Source: an uncultured Gemmatimonadaceae bacterium (lineage in GTDB: Bacteria; Gemmatimonadota; Gemmatimonadetes; Gemmatimonadales; GWC2-71-9). From it: a stretch of DNA of 64,000 nt. The stretch's first letter is position 1, and every line of letters begins with the position of its first letter. The notes beneath the pieces are model-generated. The model made no database searches. It saw nothing but the letters and a program-made list of their open reading frames with translations, and was not told where the DNA came from. The stretch lies in NCBI GenBank assembly GCA_964598655.1, contig CAZRCT010000009.1, positions 1,652 through 65,651 of the forward strand. Reading direction: 5' to 3'. Positions 63,841 through 64,000 of the stretch are shown piece by piece. The translations under genes and the position numbers were made by a program.

Positions 63841-64000
63841 TCAACTCGCCTGCTGCGCCAGCAGGACGATGCGTTCACGCGTCGACACCACCACGCCGCC
63901 CGGCCGCTCCACCGTCACCGCGAAGAGCACCGCCTTCCCCACCGGCACCTTCGCCGTGATCGGCACCAGCACCTCGCCGTCCTGGCCCACGTCGAAGACG
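63841..64000 (-). CDS. C-terminal end of an RskA-like anti-sigma factor (gene starts beyond the right window edge)
   Basis: Hand translation gives ..VFDVGQDGEVLVPITAKVPVGKAVLFAVTVERPGGVVVSTRERIVLLAQQAS*. The FAVTVE.PGG motif resembles the anti-sigma-K RskA C-terminal domain. Confidence 0.45.
   Translation of the reverse strand, partial: VFDVGQDGEVLVPITAKVPVGKAVLFAVTVERPGGVVVSTRERIVLLAQQAS

Overview
Very GC-rich (about 70% by eye, not computed), densely coding chromosomal segment. I call 48 protein-coding genes, two of them cut by the window edges. I found no rRNA, tRNA, CRISPR array, transposase, integrase or phage genes. The long antisense ORFs in the track (up to 2028 aa) are GC-driven shadow ORFs.

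Gene content fits a Gemmatimonadota- or Acidobacteriota-like soil bacterium, which I cannot verify here. It includes an ADOP-type duplicated FtsX permease, Hanks kinases with TolB-like/TPR tails, an ECF sigma coupled to a kinase, and secreted peptidases and glycosidases.

Gene map:
- 1-16.6 kb: secreted or lipoprotein hydrolases (GH18, M48, S46, GH20, Tat-exported GH109-like enzyme, S9 prolyl oligopeptidase) plus a zinc-ribbon Ser/Thr kinase.
- 16.6-22.3 kb: NarL-type two-component pair, convergent with an HmuY-like lipoprotein and TonB-dependent receptor operon.
- 23.9-29 kb: sseA, a YceI gene, and a blaI / blaR1(M56)-HEAT / HEAT-protein operon with a canonical TACAnnTGTA box.
- 29-37 kb: hotdog, nitronate monooxygenase and DAP ammonia-lyase genes, a Pro/Ala-rich membrane protein, a receiver plus predicted pseudokinase, and AlaX.
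- 37-46.7 kb: hrpB, PP2C plus ABC1/UbiB, a PDZ protein, spmA/spmB-like genes and a cysteine synthase.
- 46.7-48.8 kb: an overlapping PafB/PafC-like WYL pair.
- 48.9-64 kb: two kinase-TPR sensors, two paralogous lipoproteins of unknown function, an ECF sigma, the ADOP permease and a CACAGAG-type repeat element.

No obvious defence island or mobile element is present. The best candidates for something new are:
- the PafBC-like pair preceded by a RecA-NDp-like box on a leaderless promoter;
- the receiver-pseudokinase cassette;
- the HEAT-repeat BlaR1 module;
- the paralogous lipoprotein pair;
- several exactly repeated intergenic words and a recurrent GCGCG-TAnnnT leaderless promoter grammar.

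All family calls rest on motif recognition by eye. No database search was run.
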